A stretch of DNA of 64,000 nt. Origin: an uncultured Acidimicrobiia bacterium (GTDB taxonomy: Bacteria > Actinomycetota > Acidimicrobiia > Spongiisociales > DATADW01). Shown one piece after another: positions 11,566 to 22,257 of this stretch (the stretch's first letter is position 1; each line of letters starts with the position of its first letter). The notes below the pieces were generated by a model. It made no database searches. It was not told the DNA's origin and saw only the letters and a program-made list of their open reading frames with translations. The position numbers were made by a program, and so were the translations under genes. The stretch covers positions 414,771 to 478,770 of the forward strand of contig CAWGYV010000016.1 of NCBI GenBank assembly GCA_963826825.1, in the 5' to 3' direction.

Positions 11566-12742
11566 TCACGAACTGAGTTCTCGCTCCAGAGGCGTCCGAA
11601 ACGCGACGTCACGCGCAAGGCTCCGAGGACGCCAGCGACCCGCTCGGCCTCGCAGGCCCACCGCCTCGGCGCCCTCAGTCGGGACATCCTCCAGAAACCG
11701 GATGGCGATCTCGCCATCCTTGCGTTGCGCCCATCCCCCCACGACCCGCCCCTCCCACCAGATCGTTGGGCCGGCGTTGCCGTTCCGGTCGAACAACTGT
11801 GGGCGATGATCGCCCAGGTACCAGGACCGCTCCGACCAGCCCATGATGGTGGAGTCGAGGGCGGGGAGAAGCGCCGCCCACGGTTCGACCTCGGCCACCT
11901 GGTCGGCGTCGTCGGCGAGCACCACACCGGTTCCGGTGTCGAGTGCCACCTCGACCAGTTGCAGCCCGGCGAGGGCGGCAGTGGTCTGTCGGGCCGTCCA
12001 CCCCGTCCACCAGGTGAGGTCGCTGACCGGTGCCGGACCGAAGGCGGCGAGCCAGCGGCGGGCAAGCTCGGTCCTCGCCTCGTCCACGGCAATCTCGGGG
12101 ATGCCCCCGGGCACCCAGGTTTCGCTCGGCGCCCATCGATAGAGGGTGCTCAACCATGTCCCCTTGGGGCGACCCCTCACGATCCGGCCGTCGGCCCCGA
12201 GAAGGAACAGGACCTGGGTGGACATCCCGATCTTCCCCGCGTAGTTCTTCCCCTGGTTGACCTCGACCTGCACTCTCAACTCGGGCACATCCGAGGACAG
12301 CTCGGCCGCGGTCGCCTCACCCCGGGCGGAGAGGGCCTCGAGTGTCGCCTCTTCGACACGGGCCAGCCACGCCCCTGGGTCGTCCCCCACGCCGGCCTGG
12401 GCGACCAGTTGGACGATGCGGCGCCGTTGCTTGACCGCGATATCGGCGGTGACCGCCGACTGGATCACTCCAGCCAGATCCGCTGGGTACCACGAACACG
12501 GTGCGGCGCATCCCGAGTAGCCGCACAAGCGAGCGGTCCTCGTAGAGAGCCCTCTCCAGCGCCGAAACGTCCGGCGGGTTCATCCGGGCGGTCGCACCGA
12601 GGAGCACCGTTGCCGGGTCGGTGGCGTGGAGCCCGACGAGAGCAGCGGCGACCGCAACCGGGTCGTCGGTTCTCTTGGCGAGCAGGTGCCGTCTCGCCAG
12701 CCGGGCGCGCCGCTGCTCCACGGTGATGCGGAGGGTGGTCAC
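11566..12742 (-). CDS. Winged-helix AlkZ/YcaQ-like (HTH_42) protein, putative DNA glycosylase (frame break ~12490)
   Basis: The N-terminus is VTTLRITVEQRRARLARRHLL...LVGLHATDPATVLLGATAR. The C-terminal part carries FGPAPVSDLTWWTGW and GNAGPTIWWEGRVVGGW. The GTG start overlaps the stop of the upstream hydrolase (GTGA). Confidence 0.7.
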
Positions 12743-13593
12743 AGCCTCCGGCGCACTATCGCGGTGATCAGTTCTATCGCGGTTTGCTGCGCCTCGAGCG
12801 AGCGGAAGCTGCTCAGATCGCCCCGCTCGGTGACCGCCACCTCGATCCCGGGTCGAGAGCGCTCCAGGTAGTCCCCGAGCGGACCCTGGCGGAGTGACTC
12901 GAACGAAACGAGTTCGAGGTCGTCCGCTCCGAAGACGAGATCGACGGTGACCCCTCGATCGCGAAGCTCGCCCATATCCGCTCGGAACGACCCCGGGGTG
13001 AGGCTGATGTCGCGCGCTTTGGGGCCGGCCGGGGCGGGGCGGAGTCGCCGTGTGGCCCACCTCGCCGCCGGCCGCCACAACTCGGGGTTGGTGGCGACGT
13101 TGGCCACACCCCGCCATCCCATCTTGCGGGCCCTCCAGTCGGCCTTGGTCTGCTCGGCGGGGAAGGGGAAGGAGACAAGCACCAGCCCGGAAAGGTTCTC
13201 CAACTGCGACGCCGCCGCCAGCGCCGATCGTCCGCCGAAACAGACACCGATCACTAGAAGCCGGTCGGCGGCCCCACTCAGCGTGTCGCACACCGCCACC
13301 ACATCGCCGACAAAGGGCCGGTCGAGCACGAAACGGTCGATCTCACCGCTGCTGTCTCCGACACCATGCCAGTCGAACCTGACGACGGTGTGCCCGAGAG
13401 CGGCTATCTCCCTCGCCAGCCTCACCACGACACGGTTGCGGTTGGTCGAGGTCCCGTACCAACCGCCCGGGCAGATCACCACTCCGGTGCCGGTGGGCAT
13501 CTCGGGTCTCGTGACCACCGCCGCCAGGGCACCCTCGGGACCATCGACGAACATCGCCTGCTCGTTGGCGATGATGCCGTCACCATGCGCCAT
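12739..13593 (-). CDS. Alpha/beta-hydrolase-fold protein with a Cys at the nucleophile elbow
   Basis: Intact, 284 aa. It carries VVICPGGWYG, RFDWHGVGDSSG and the elbow LLVIGVCFGGRSAL (G-x-C-x-G rather than G-x-S-x-G). Confidence 0.7.
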   Translation of the reverse strand: MAHGDGIIANEQAMFVDGPEGALAAVVTRPEMPTGTGVVICPGGWYGTSTNRNRVVVRLAREIAALGHTVVRFDWHGVGDSSGEIDRFVLDRPFVGDVVAVCDTLSGAADRLLVIGVCFGGRSALAAASQLENLSGLVLVSFPFPAEQTKADWRARKMGWRGVANVATNPELWRPAARWATRRLRPAPAGPKARDISLTPGSFRADMGELRDRGVTVDLVFGADDLELVSFESLRQGPLGDYLERSRPGIEVAVTERGDLSSFRSLEAQQTAIELITAIVRRRL

Positions 13594-14458
13594 CCCCGAG
13601 CAGGAACCCGAGGGTGAGGGTCACCGCCTCGGTGGCGGTCACCTCGACCTCGAGACGACCACCCTTGCCCGCCGACCCGAACCACCAGGACTCGGCAGCC
13701 GCCACCGTGTCGATCCGCACATCCGCTCCGTCGCCGCGCCATTGCTCGGCGAGGTCGAGGACGGCCGGACGCGGAGTCCCCTTGCGTGACATCTCCACGA
13801 TCTGGATCCGCCTGGCCACGTTCTCGACCCCCGACAACGGTTGCGACCTCGCCTCGTCGAGCAGCGTCCTGTCGACCGGATAGCCGACAACGTCCACCGG
13901 CCCATCGTCGGCCTGGTTCTCATCCTTGACGGATTCACCCGAGGCGAGTTCGGACAGCCTCCGGGCCCGCATCACCTCTTTTTCGTACGTCGCGCCGTCC
14001 ACCACCGGGTCCCAGAGAACCAGCGTCCCTCCGGCAGGGATGGTCCGAGCCGCCACCACTGCGGCCAGCCGGGTCCCGACGAGGGCAACCGGGAGGTCGC
14101 CGAACTGGGCGAGAAGCGCCCCCATGGCGTTGGAGGCGTCGGCCGACATCGAGGTCGAGCGTGAACGGGCCGTCTCCGAACTCTGCCCACTCCCGATGGG
14201 GTGAAATCGCATCGCAGCCACCCCACCTTCGGCCAGACCGGCGGCGAGTTGGTACTCGCGCCGGTAGTTGCGGGGTCCCTCGGCAAGGGGAGGCGGGCAG
14301 ATCAGGGCGACCCCTCTGGGCTCGCCGGTGGGGCCGTGCACCGCGGCGAACAGATCGCCGGTCGCCGTCTCGATGAAGCCGACCCGAACCCAGGCCCCGT
14401 CGGGTCTCTCGATACGATCGGGTGCTACCGATTTCCAGACATGATCGGAGTTCGCCAT
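13580..14458 (-). CDS. Alpha/beta-hydrolase-fold protein lacking an obvious Ser nucleophile
   Basis: The likely start is MANSDHVWKS at 14458. It carries VALICPPPLAEG, and the elbow position reads VALVGTRLAAVVAA. It overlaps the next hydrolase by 14 nt. Confidence 0.6.
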   Translation of the reverse strand: MANSDHVWKSVAPDRIERPDGAWVRVGFIETATGDLFAAVHGPTGEPRGVALICPPPLAEGPRNYRREYQLAAGLAEGGVAAMRFHPIGSGQSSETARSRSTSMSADASNAMGALLAQFGDLPVALVGTRLAAVVAARTIPAGGTLVLWDPVVDGATYEKEVMRARRLSELASGESVKDENQADDGPVDVVGYPVDRTLLDEARSQPLSGVENVARRIQIVEMSRKGTPRPAVLDLAEQWRGDGADVRIDTVAAAESWWFGSAGKGGRLEVEVTATEAVTLTLGFLLGDGAW

Positions 14459-14498
14459 GTCCAGAGGGTGGTCATCACCCCCTGAGGAGATGGTCACG

Positions 14499-14772
14499 TC
14501 AGCCCGGCTGCCGCCGGGTCTCGACCAGCCGGGCGATGGCTCCAACGGATTCGAAGTTGGCCACGGCCAGATCCTCGTCGGCGACCTCGATGTCGAATTC
14601 CTCCTCGATGAACGCCACCATCTGCTGGATTCCCATCGAGTCGAGGATCTCGGCCTCGAACAGAGATACGTCGTCGGTCAGCTCCTCGGAGGACCCCTCC
14701 CAGCCGAGGTCCTCGACGATGAAGGCTCGGATCGCGTCGGCGGTGCTCATCGACGACGTCATGGCTGCTGCT
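14499..14772 (-). CDS. Acyl carrier protein (standalone)
   Basis: MTSSMSTADAIRAFIVEDLGWEGSSEELTDDVSLFEAEILDSMGIQQMVAFIEEEFDIEV carries the phosphopantetheine Ser motif (L-D-S-M-G). The ORF-track N-terminal extension to 15311 is rejected. Confidence 0.8.
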
Positions 14773-14987
14773 GCTCTCCCAGATGGCTGCGCGGGCATGG
14801 TACCGCCTCGCAGACCGCAGGCCTCTTGTCCATGGTGGTTGCCGGTAATGGGTAAGGTGCCTTGCCCGCTCTCAAGCTTCTGGCTCTTACCGCCGATTAT
14901 GGCAACTAGGTCACACCGAGCCTGCCGCAATCGGTTCGGGCGGTGCCTTTGAGGGGCGGTCCAAAGATCAATGAGTGGTTTTAGATC

Positions 14988-15227
14988 ATGAGCGATGTCG
15001 GTGATGAGATCCTTCGGTTCGTCCAGTCCGAATTGTCGGACGGTTCGTTTCCGGTCGGCGTTGAGACCGACCTCCTGCAAGAGGAGATAATCGACTCGCT
15101 CGGGGTGTTCACCCTGATCGGGTTTCTCGAGCAGCGGTTCGGCGTCAAGATCGATGCGTCCGAGGTGGACCTGGACAACTTCCGCAACGTGACCGCCGTC
15201 GAGCAGTTGGTGGAGCGGTCGCGATGA
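14988..15227 (+). CDS. Acyl carrier protein (standalone), divergent from the first ACP
   Basis: Intact, 79 aa. LQEEIIDSLGVFTLIGFLEQRFGVKID carries the D-S-L-G motif. Confidence 0.85.
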   Translation: MSDVGDEILRFVQSELSDGSFPVGVETDLLQEEIIDSLGVFTLIGFLEQRFGVKIDASEVDLDNFRNVTAVEQLVERSR

Positions 15228-15865
15228 GCGAAGGCGAGATCCTCGGCGGCATGGACCCATTCCGGATCGCGGTGGCACAGGCCCCCGACACCGCCGCCGC
15301 CCTGCTCCCACCCGACGCTGCCGACCGTCTCACCGACCGGATCTACCGTCTGAGGGGATCGGCCCCCACGGTCGAAGTGGTGACGGTTCCCGACGTCGCT
15401 CTCGACCGCCTCGATCCCGCCGCCCTCATCGGGAGCGGCGCCCACGCCGTGATCCTCTCCGTCGCATCGGAGATCGATACCCCGGCGACAGAATTCGCCG
15501 CAGCCGCCGACCGCATCATCACGGCTGTCCGCAACGAGGACGGACCGCATCTCGCCTGGTTCACCGCCTCGACCGTCGAACCGGAAGGGGGCGATGCCTA
15601 CCGCACCCGACCCGAACGCTTCGCCCTCCGGGCGCTGCGGCTCGACGCCGAATTGGTCAGGCTTTCCAAGACTCGGGGGGTGGCGCTCATCGACGCCGAC
15701 CGGATCGTGGCGGAACTCGGTGGAGCCGACCATGTCGTGGCACCGCTCCACTACTCGCTGGCCGCTTCCGAGGCGCTTGCCGAGGAGACGGTGCGCGTGC
15801 TCGACGACATCGGGTTCTTCGAACCGCGCCCTCTGGTCGCCCAGATCGGCGCCGCTGGAGGCTGA
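15224..15865 (+). CDS. Hypothetical protein, paralog of the C-terminal half of the 16279..17316 protein (SGNH-like?)
   Basis: Intact, 213 aa, overlapping the ACP stop by 4 nt. AHAVILSVASEID...GVALIDADRIVAELGGADHVVAPLHYS aligns by eye with TVVVLSIAADLS...ASVVDVDRVLKLEGVKEQIDFAHFP. Confidence 0.5.
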   Translation: MSEGEILGGMDPFRIAVAQAPDTAAALLPPDAADRLTDRIYRLRGSAPTVEVVTVPDVALDRLDPAALIGSGAHAVILSVASEIDTPATEFAAAADRIITAVRNEDGPHLAWFTASTVEPEGGDAYRTRPERFALRALRLDAELVRLSKTRGVALIDADRIVAELGGADHVVAPLHYSLAASEALAEETVRVLDDIGFFEPRPLVAQIGAAGG

Positions 15866-15866
15866 G

Positions 15867-16268
15867 ATGCGCTACGACCTGAACCTTCCTCATCTCGACC
15901 GCAGAGTCGGACAAGCGCGACTTCTGGAGTGGCACGTCGCCGAAGGCTCCGAGGTCGGCTACGGGGACCCCCTGGTCGACATCCAAGCCGATGAGCTCAC
16001 CACGCTCGAGGTTCACCGTTCGGCCAAGTACCTGACCAAGCTGGCGGGACGCAAGGTGGCAACCGGAACCAAGACCACCCGGGTGAGTCTGGTGTGGCGG
16101 CTGGTTTCATCCGACCGCGGGGTGGTACGCCATCTGGTGGCAGCACCGGGCGACATGATCGAAATCGGTGACTCGCTCGCCGTGCTCACCACCACTACCG
16201 ATGAGGATCCCGCCGCGGGGCCCTCAGGGAAGTTCCGCGTGGTAACCGAGCCGGTGGCCCAATCGTGA
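15867..16268 (+). CDS. Biotinyl/lipoyl-like domain protein lacking the modifiable Lys
   Basis: MRYDLNLPHLDRRVGQARLLEWHVAEGSEVGYGDPLVDIQADELTTLEV...VAAPGDMIEIGDSLAVL. The position of the E-T-D-K motif reads Q-A-D-E. GGAG lies upstream of ATG 15867. Confidence 0.55.
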   Translation: MRYDLNLPHLDRRVGQARLLEWHVAEGSEVGYGDPLVDIQADELTTLEVHRSAKYLTKLAGRKVATGTKTTRVSLVWRLVSSDRGVVRHLVAAPGDMIEIGDSLAVLTTTTDEDPAAGPSGKFRVVTEPVAQS

Positions 16269-16278
16269 GGAGAGCTAG

Positions 16279-17316
16279 ATGAGCGCCGTGGCGCGCAACG
16301 TGCAGCGGCTTGTCCGCAAGATCGCCGGTGAGAACTCGGCGATCGAGCGCCGGCTACGCGGCACATACCGGCAGGCAGCGCTTCGCAACGAGGCCGGCGA
16401 TGACTCGAAGACCGAGCGTGCGATGCGCGGCGTGGTCTCCAGCGCACGGTTCCGCCTCCGCGGCGAGCTCACCACCCGCAGCGCCACCGTCTTCCGCCGA
16501 GGCAAGAGCGAAAACCGGTTGGGCATCTACATGCTCGGTGCCTGTGACCTTCCCACCGTCTTCGCAGCAAAGCCCTTCATCGAGCAAGACCTCAACGGGG
16601 TGTGCGCCATCATGCGCGACGGTGAGGTGGCAGATGCTCGTTCGGATTTTCTGCTCCAGGCACTCGACGGTGTAGACCCGGCTGCGGTCGCCGAGGCCGG
16701 TCAGTATCTCAAGCTGCCGCCCGATGCCTTCGAGCCGCGCCTGTTCAGACCCGAGTTCCGCATCCCGGCGGTTCCGTCTCTCGGCAGCTTCCCCAAGACC
16801 GTGGTGGTTCTGTCCATCGCCGCCGACCTGAGCCGCAGCCTGTACCGCAACAACGAGCACGGCTACCTGGTGGACCCGGGGGGTTGGTGGTTGACCACGC
16901 CGATGGGAGAGGTGATGGAGCACCTCGACAGGGTGGCGTGGATGAGGGAGAACTTCACCGCCATGGGCAAGATCCCCGTCGAGGAATTCCATCACAACAT
17001 GGGCCGGATCGTCACCGAGGTCAAGCAGCGAACCGGGGCGCATGTCGTGGTTTTCAACACCCTGACCGTGAGCCCGGGCGACCTGACCCACACCTACCAG
17101 TTCGTCAGAATCCCCCAGAACCTGAGACGTATCGAGTTCGACCTGGCCCTGGCCGACATCGCAGCCCAACACGACGCATCGGTGGTGGATGTCGACCGTG
17201 TGCTCAAGCTCGAGGGTGTCAAGGAGCAGATCGACTTCGCCCACTTCCCCATGGACCGGATGATCCCAATCGCCCGCGAGTTCCACCGCGTGCTGCGCGA
17301 TAGGGAGATCATCTGA
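16279..17316 (+). CDS. Hypothetical protein (345 aa), SGNH-like C-terminal region
   Basis: The ORF is intact. It has a D-x-x-H-like motif near the C-terminus (IDFAHFP). I recognise no family with confidence. Confidence 0.5.
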   Translation: MSAVARNVQRLVRKIAGENSAIERRLRGTYRQAALRNEAGDDSKTERAMRGVVSSARFRLRGELTTRSATVFRRGKSENRLGIYMLGACDLPTVFAAKPFIEQDLNGVCAIMRDGEVADARSDFLLQALDGVDPAAVAEAGQYLKLPPDAFEPRLFRPEFRIPAVPSLGSFPKTVVVLSIAADLSRSLYRNNEHGYLVDPGGWWLTTPMGEVMEHLDRVAWMRENFTAMGKIPVEEFHHNMGRIVTEVKQRTGAHVVVFNTLTVSPGDLTHTYQFVRIPQNLRRIEFDLALADIAAQHDASVVDVDRVLKLEGVKEQIDFAHFPMDRMIPIAREFHRVLRDREII

Positions 17317-17328
17317 GAGGTAGGGCGG

Positions 17329-18481
17329 TCAGTCGGTGTAGAAGCGGGCGATCTCCTCACCGATCGGTCCAACTGCCGCCTCGGTGAGGTGGCCCAGGTC
17401 GTCTCTGTAGTCAGCGCAGCTACGCACCTCGGGCGAGGCGCCCTTTTCGACGCCAACCGTGAGTTCGATCGCCTGGTCGATGATCGGATGGTTGACCGAG
17501 GCCCTGACACTCTCCCTGCGGTCCCCCGGACATAGCTGCTCGTCGGGACCGCCGACGATTGGCTGAAGCACGATTGCCGCGCCGGGGTACTTGACCCTGG
17601 CGGTGGCTACCGCCGACGTGATGTCCTCGACCCACTGCGCCACCGGACGCTCGGCACCCGTCACCGTAAGCAACAGCCGGCTCGGGGTCCCGTCCGAGCA
17701 CCCGATACGACCTGATTGCTCCAACCGACGAAACCCGGATCGGCCCATTTCTCGATCGTTGCTCCCGACTCCCAGAGGAGGTCCCACCCGGCGTCGCCTG
17801 CCACCGGCTCGAAGCCACCGCCGGTGAACCACTGCTCGGTCTGACTGAACCCGACCACCCTGGTGCAGGAGAAGGGGCCTGTTGCCGACAAGCCGAGCGC
17901 CCGGGCCAGGAAGCTCGCCATCTGGTCGCGCCTCACCGCCTGTTCCGGGCAGAAACGGATCCCGGACTCGTCGCACCCGGCGGTGATTGCTGCTGCGGCG
18001 ATGGAGTTGATGGCCTCCTCGTGAACGCTCTCCTCGTCGTCCACGAAGATGTCGGCGCTCGAAGCGGGGAATGCAAAGCCCCGCACCAAGAGACTTGCCA
18101 TCTGCGCCCTACTGAGCGCCTCAGACGGGCAGAAGCGCGTTCCGGCCGGGTTGCAGCCGATGGTGATGCCCGCCTGGGCAATGGCGTTGATCGCCTCCTC
18201 GTGAACGCTCTCCTCGTCGTCACCAAAAGCATCGGTCCCGGATATGGGGAGGTCAAGCGCTCGCTGCAGGAAGCTCGCCATCTGCCCCCTGGTCACCGCG
18301 CGGCCGGGGCAATAGAGGTTCGTGCTGCAGCCAACGGTGATGCCTTCGGCGGCGATCGCCTCGATGGCCGCCTCGTGGACATTGCCATCGTCGTCATCAA
18401 AGGTCCCCGCTGCTGTCGCCGGCGCGGCGGGGATCAACCAAACCGTAACCGCCAGGATGGCGGCGCCGGCCAGGCGGATCC

Positions 18482-18497
<16 letters not shown>
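17329..18497 (-). CDS. Secreted protein with 3 SLH repeats plus an SGNH-like C-terminal domain (frame break ~17705)
   Basis: A signal peptide (MRQPVRIRLAGAAILAVTVWLIPAAPATAAG) is followed by three copies of F.DD....H..AI.A.A..GIT.GC......FCP...V.R.QMASFL.RA. The C-terminal domain (VVGFSQTEQW...DDLGHLTEAA) continues in ORF 17329..17976. Confidence 0.8.
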
Positions 18498-20259
<1,762 letters not shown>

Positions 20260-20278
<19 letters not shown>

Positions 20279-20904
20279 TCGAGCGCCCGGACCAGGAATG
20301 AGGCCATCTGTCCCCTGGTCACCGGCTCATTTGGGCAAAAGCTGGTGCCGCCGCATCCCTGGGTGATCCCCGCTTCGGCCAGCGCGTTGATCTCCGCCTG
20401 GAACGTGCTGGTGCCGTCATCGGTGAAACGGTCGGGGCCGGGGGGGAGGTCCAGAGTTCGGGCGAGGAAGGCTGCCATCTGCCCGCGGGTCACCGAACTG
20501 TCGGGGCAGTAGGAGGATCCGCTGCCGCACCCGGTGGTGATCCCCACCGATGCGATCGAGTTGATCGAATCCTCGTGGGTGTTCCCCGAGTCGTCCCCGA
20601 AGTAGTCGAACTCGGCGTCGGGGGTGACGAACGATCGGGCGAGGAACGACGCCATCTGTGCCCTGGTCACCGGCTCCTCCGGGCAGAACAGTGTCCCTGC
20701 GTCGTTGCAACCCTTGGTGATCCCCCATTGGGCGAGGGCGACGATCGAGTCGGCGTGCACCGATCCTGCGATGTCGACGAACGGCTGGGGCTGCTGGGCG
20801 AGGGCCGGTGAGGGCGCCATCGTCATCGAGGTGACTGCGGACAGCGTCAGCCAGAGCACCCAACAACGCGGCCGCCTGGCTAGGCCCCTTCGGGATGTGG
20901 TCAC
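20260..20904 (-). CDS. Secreted protein consisting of 3 SLH repeats
   Basis: Intact, 214 aa, with a signal peptide ending ALAQQ. The three repeats include FVDIAGSVHADSIVALAQWGITKGCNDAGTLFCPEEPVTRAQMASFLARSF. The stop overlaps the beta-helix gene start by 19 nt. Confidence 0.85.
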
Positions 20905-20992
20905 AACTGACCCCCGATCCGCCGGCGCCTACTACCCCGCCGACAAGAGGCGGGAGTCAAACAACCTGAGACGCCGAGGTCAAATGGGACTT

Positions 20993-21021
20993 GAGTACTT
21001 AGTACTAAGTACTAAGTACTC
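20993..21021. promoter_or_regulatory. 29-bp AT-rich perfect palindrome made of four AGTACT hexamers at 7-bp spacing
   Basis: The sequence is gAGTACTtAGTACTaAGTACTaAGTACTc. The 14-bp arms are exact reverse complements around the central A at 21007. It lies 10 nt downstream of the methyltransferase stop and ~90-115 nt upstream of the SLH operon start. Confidence 0.8.
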
Positions 21022-21030
21022 AGACGAATC

Positions 21031-22257
21031 TCACACCGATACCACCTCAGGGTCGAGACCCATCTCTGTGAGCTGATTCGTGATCTCCTCTTGGTAGATC
21101 TGGTTCATCAGTACCACCAGGTCGGGCTTGAGCTCGATGAGACTCTCGGGGGCGAGCACCTCGTGGCCGGTCCCGGGGAGGAACATCCCCTGCTTGTAGG
21201 GGTTGATGTCTACCACTGCCGACACGCTGTCGCCGAGGCCGATTGTGGTGAGGAAGGCGACCGCCTTGGACCCGCCACCCCAGATGGCGACACGCTCGCC
21301 GCGTTCGGCCGAACCCTCTAGCCGTTGGCGCCAGCTCTCGATGTGGCGGTTGGCGCCGGAGGCGAAGGCGAGCACCATCTCGCCGACTTCGTCGGGTGAC
21401 TCCTCGACCGGCAGCGGATCGACTGATCCGCCGATGACCGAGTCGGCCAGCAGGTACTGGTCACCGAACCCGAGTGCGATATCGGTGACGGTGAACCCCG
21501 CTTCCCTGAGGGCTCGCCCCAGCGAGCCGGGTGTGTAGTACGAGCAGTGCTCGTAGTAGATGTCCCAGAAGGCGAACTCCCTCAAGACCCGTCCCGTGTC
21601 GGGGACCTCGGTGAACATCGCTGCTCCGTCGGTTGCCTCCACGGACCGTCGCAGCAGCCTGAAGAAGTCGCCGACCGGGGCGATGTGCTCCATGGTGTGG
21701 CGGGTGATGACCAGGTCGCCGGTCAGCGGGGTGTGCTCCTCACCGTAGAAAGCGCGGATCAGCTCAACCGAGCCATCGCCCGCTTCCCCAACCGGCGGCC
21801 TCCCGAATCCTGGGTCGATCCCAATGCCCCGGCCGATGCCGAGCTCGGCCAGGAGCATCAAGAAGTCCCCCTTGCCGCTCCCCACCTCGAGCACGGTCCG
21901 CCCTTCGAGGCCGTACCTCTCGACGAGATCGCCGGCGAGTCGGCGGGCGAAGTTGGTGAACAGCGGCGAGAAGGCCTGCGACTCCTCGGTGGGCTGTCCG
22001 TAGTCCACCTTGTCGGGCTCGAAGCAGATGTTGGTGATGAACCCGCAACGGGGGCACAGCCCGAGCACAAGATCGCCGATGGGGTAGGCAGACGCCGACG
22101 GTTGGTCGGGCAGCAACACACAGCTTTGTGTCGGGATCTCCCCCGCGGCGAAGAAGGAGAGCAGCCCGGTGGCGCCGCAACTCGGGCAGGTAGCTGAGGC
22201 ACCGAGATCGAGTAGGTCGTCGCCCACCAGAGGGCGCAGGTCGGTCGGGCCGATCAC
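21031..22257 (-). CDS. Class I SAM-dependent methyltransferase with N-terminal Zn-ribbon and C-methyltransferase C-terminal domain (NDP-hexose C-methyltransferase-like)
   Basis: The GTG start overlaps the upstream stop (GTGA). It carries CPSCGATG...CPRCGF, the SAM motif VLEVGSGKGDFL and the C-terminal domain VAIWGGGSKAVAFL. In the ORF track it is fused to the next gene as one 829-aa ORF. Confidence 0.8.
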   Translation of the reverse strand: MIGPTDLRPLVGDDLLDLGASATCPSCGATGLLSFFAAGEIPTQSCVLLPDQPSASAYPIGDLVLGLCPRCGFITNICFEPDKVDYGQPTEESQAFSPLFTNFARRLAGDLVERYGLEGRTVLEVGSGKGDFLMLLAELGIGRGIGIDPGFGRPPVGEAGDGSVELIRAFYGEEHTPLTGDLVITRHTMEHIAPVGDFFRLLRRSVEATDGAAMFTEVPDTGRVLREFAFWDIYYEHCSYYTPGSLGRALREAGFTVTDIALGFGDQYLLADSVIGGSVDPLPVEESPDEVGEMVLAFASGANRHIESWRQRLEGSAERGERVAIWGGGSKAVAFLTTIGLGDSVSAVVDINPYKQGMFLPGTGHEVLAPESLIELKPDLVVLMNQIYQEEITNQLTEMGLDPEVVSV

